From Botryllus schlosseri (taxonomy: Eukaryota), in assembly GCA_051294905.1 (NCBI GenBank), contig CM119371.1, positions 25,422,001-25,486,000 on the forward strand: a stretch of DNA of 64,000 bases, given 5' to 3'. Both the position numbers and the translations under genes were made by a program. Positions 63,242 to 64,000 of this stretch are shown one piece after another (the first letter of the stretch is position 1; every line of letters starts with the position of its first letter). The notes beneath the pieces were generated by a model that was given only the letters and a program-made list of their open reading frames with translations, was not told the origin of the DNA and searched no databases.

Positions 63242-63880
63242 TTGCTACAACAGCTAAGCCTAAACCCTACGCAAGCAAGGTTTAACGAGATAACCATAGA
63301 GCTCCCAAAGCGTCCAGCAACGCATCTTCTTGTCAAAGGCATAGCATTTGAAACTAAAAAGGACACGGCAGTTAAACAACTGAACGAATATGGATTCGGA
63401 ACGGTTGTCAATCAGACAAGAGTATTTTACAAGAATACTAACTATTACAACGGCGTCACTAACATCTGGATGGAGGATTTCAGTAAAGAAGATATGCCAG
63501 AAAGTATGATTATTATTGGTGTGAGATGCTGGATCAAGACTGCTGTAGATGCATATCAAAAGCGATGCTACCACTGTAAGGTGGTGGGTCATATGGTCAG
63601 AGATTGCCAAGCCGACAAATTGGAATGCGCGAAGTGCGGCGGGCCTGGCCATGGCGCAGAAACATGCAAAGCAAAACGTAGCAAAAGACAAAGCGAACAC
63701 GAGACTGGAATCGAAAAGGCTGGGGGAGTCAATGATCAAATCGCAGATAAACTTGTGAGAGAAAACTCAAACGAACCCCATGCTGGTGAGAGAATAACCG
63801 ACGAAACGAACGAATCGACGAAAATAATACCAGAGAAACCAGTTGACCTGAATATGAGTCAGAATGAGGACACGAACTGA
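63242..63880 (+). CDS. Non-LTR retrotransposon ORF1 (gag-like, two CCHC zinc knuckles; L1/Tx1-type)
   Basis: CYHCKVVGHMVRDC and CAKCGGPGHGAETC preceded by YYNGVTNIWM..MPESMII; the element probably runs past the window end. Confidence 0.7.
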   Translation: MLQQLSLNPTQARFNEITIELPKRPATHLLVKGIAFETKKDTAVKQLNEYGFGTVVNQTRVFYKNTNYYNGVTNIWMEDFSKEDMPESMIIIGVRCWIKTAVDAYQKRCYHCKVVGHMVRDCQADKLECAKCGGPGHGAETCKAKRSKRQSEHETGIEKAGGVNDQIADKLVRENSNEPHAGERITDETNESTKIIPEKPVDLNMSQNEDTN

Positions 63881-64000
63881 AATCAAACAGCGCCGAATAG
63901 CCCGGTGATGACGAAATCTTACACGTCACCGGACGCTGCATTCGAGAATGAAGACACAACACAAGAACAGTCCGTACATCCTCTGGTCAACGAGGAAAAA

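Overview
AT-rich eukaryotic (metazoan invertebrate) genomic DNA; the GPCR type and ~60-nt introns suggest an ascidian/tunicate (inference only). There are no prokaryotic operons or CRISPR arrays. One host gene can be reconstructed exon by exon on the minus strand: an LDLa-bearing rhodopsin-class GPCR of the RXFP/GRL101 type (at least 10 phase-compatible exons, 54556 to 27335; 5' end unresolved). A lone signal-peptide first exon of a second gene is likely at 13613-13553. Most of the rest is deeply nested transposable elements: BEL/Pao > Chapaev3 > EnSpm-like > hAT MITE (1-7.5 kb); Penelope > Penelope > three nested hAT MITEs, with minimal hammerhead ribozymes (7.5-11.6 kb); an inverted-repeat-bounded C2H2 pseudogene (14.8-18.3 kb); tRNA-derived SINEs; two hAT units sharing one target site that inflate a GPCR intron to ~15 kb and hold a LINE RT, a foldback element and a Harbinger; a full-length, frameshifted Mag-type Gypsy with LTRs, TSD, PBS and PPT (55072-61258); and a LINE ORF1 at the right edge. 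All family assignments come from motifs recognised by eye, not from database searches.
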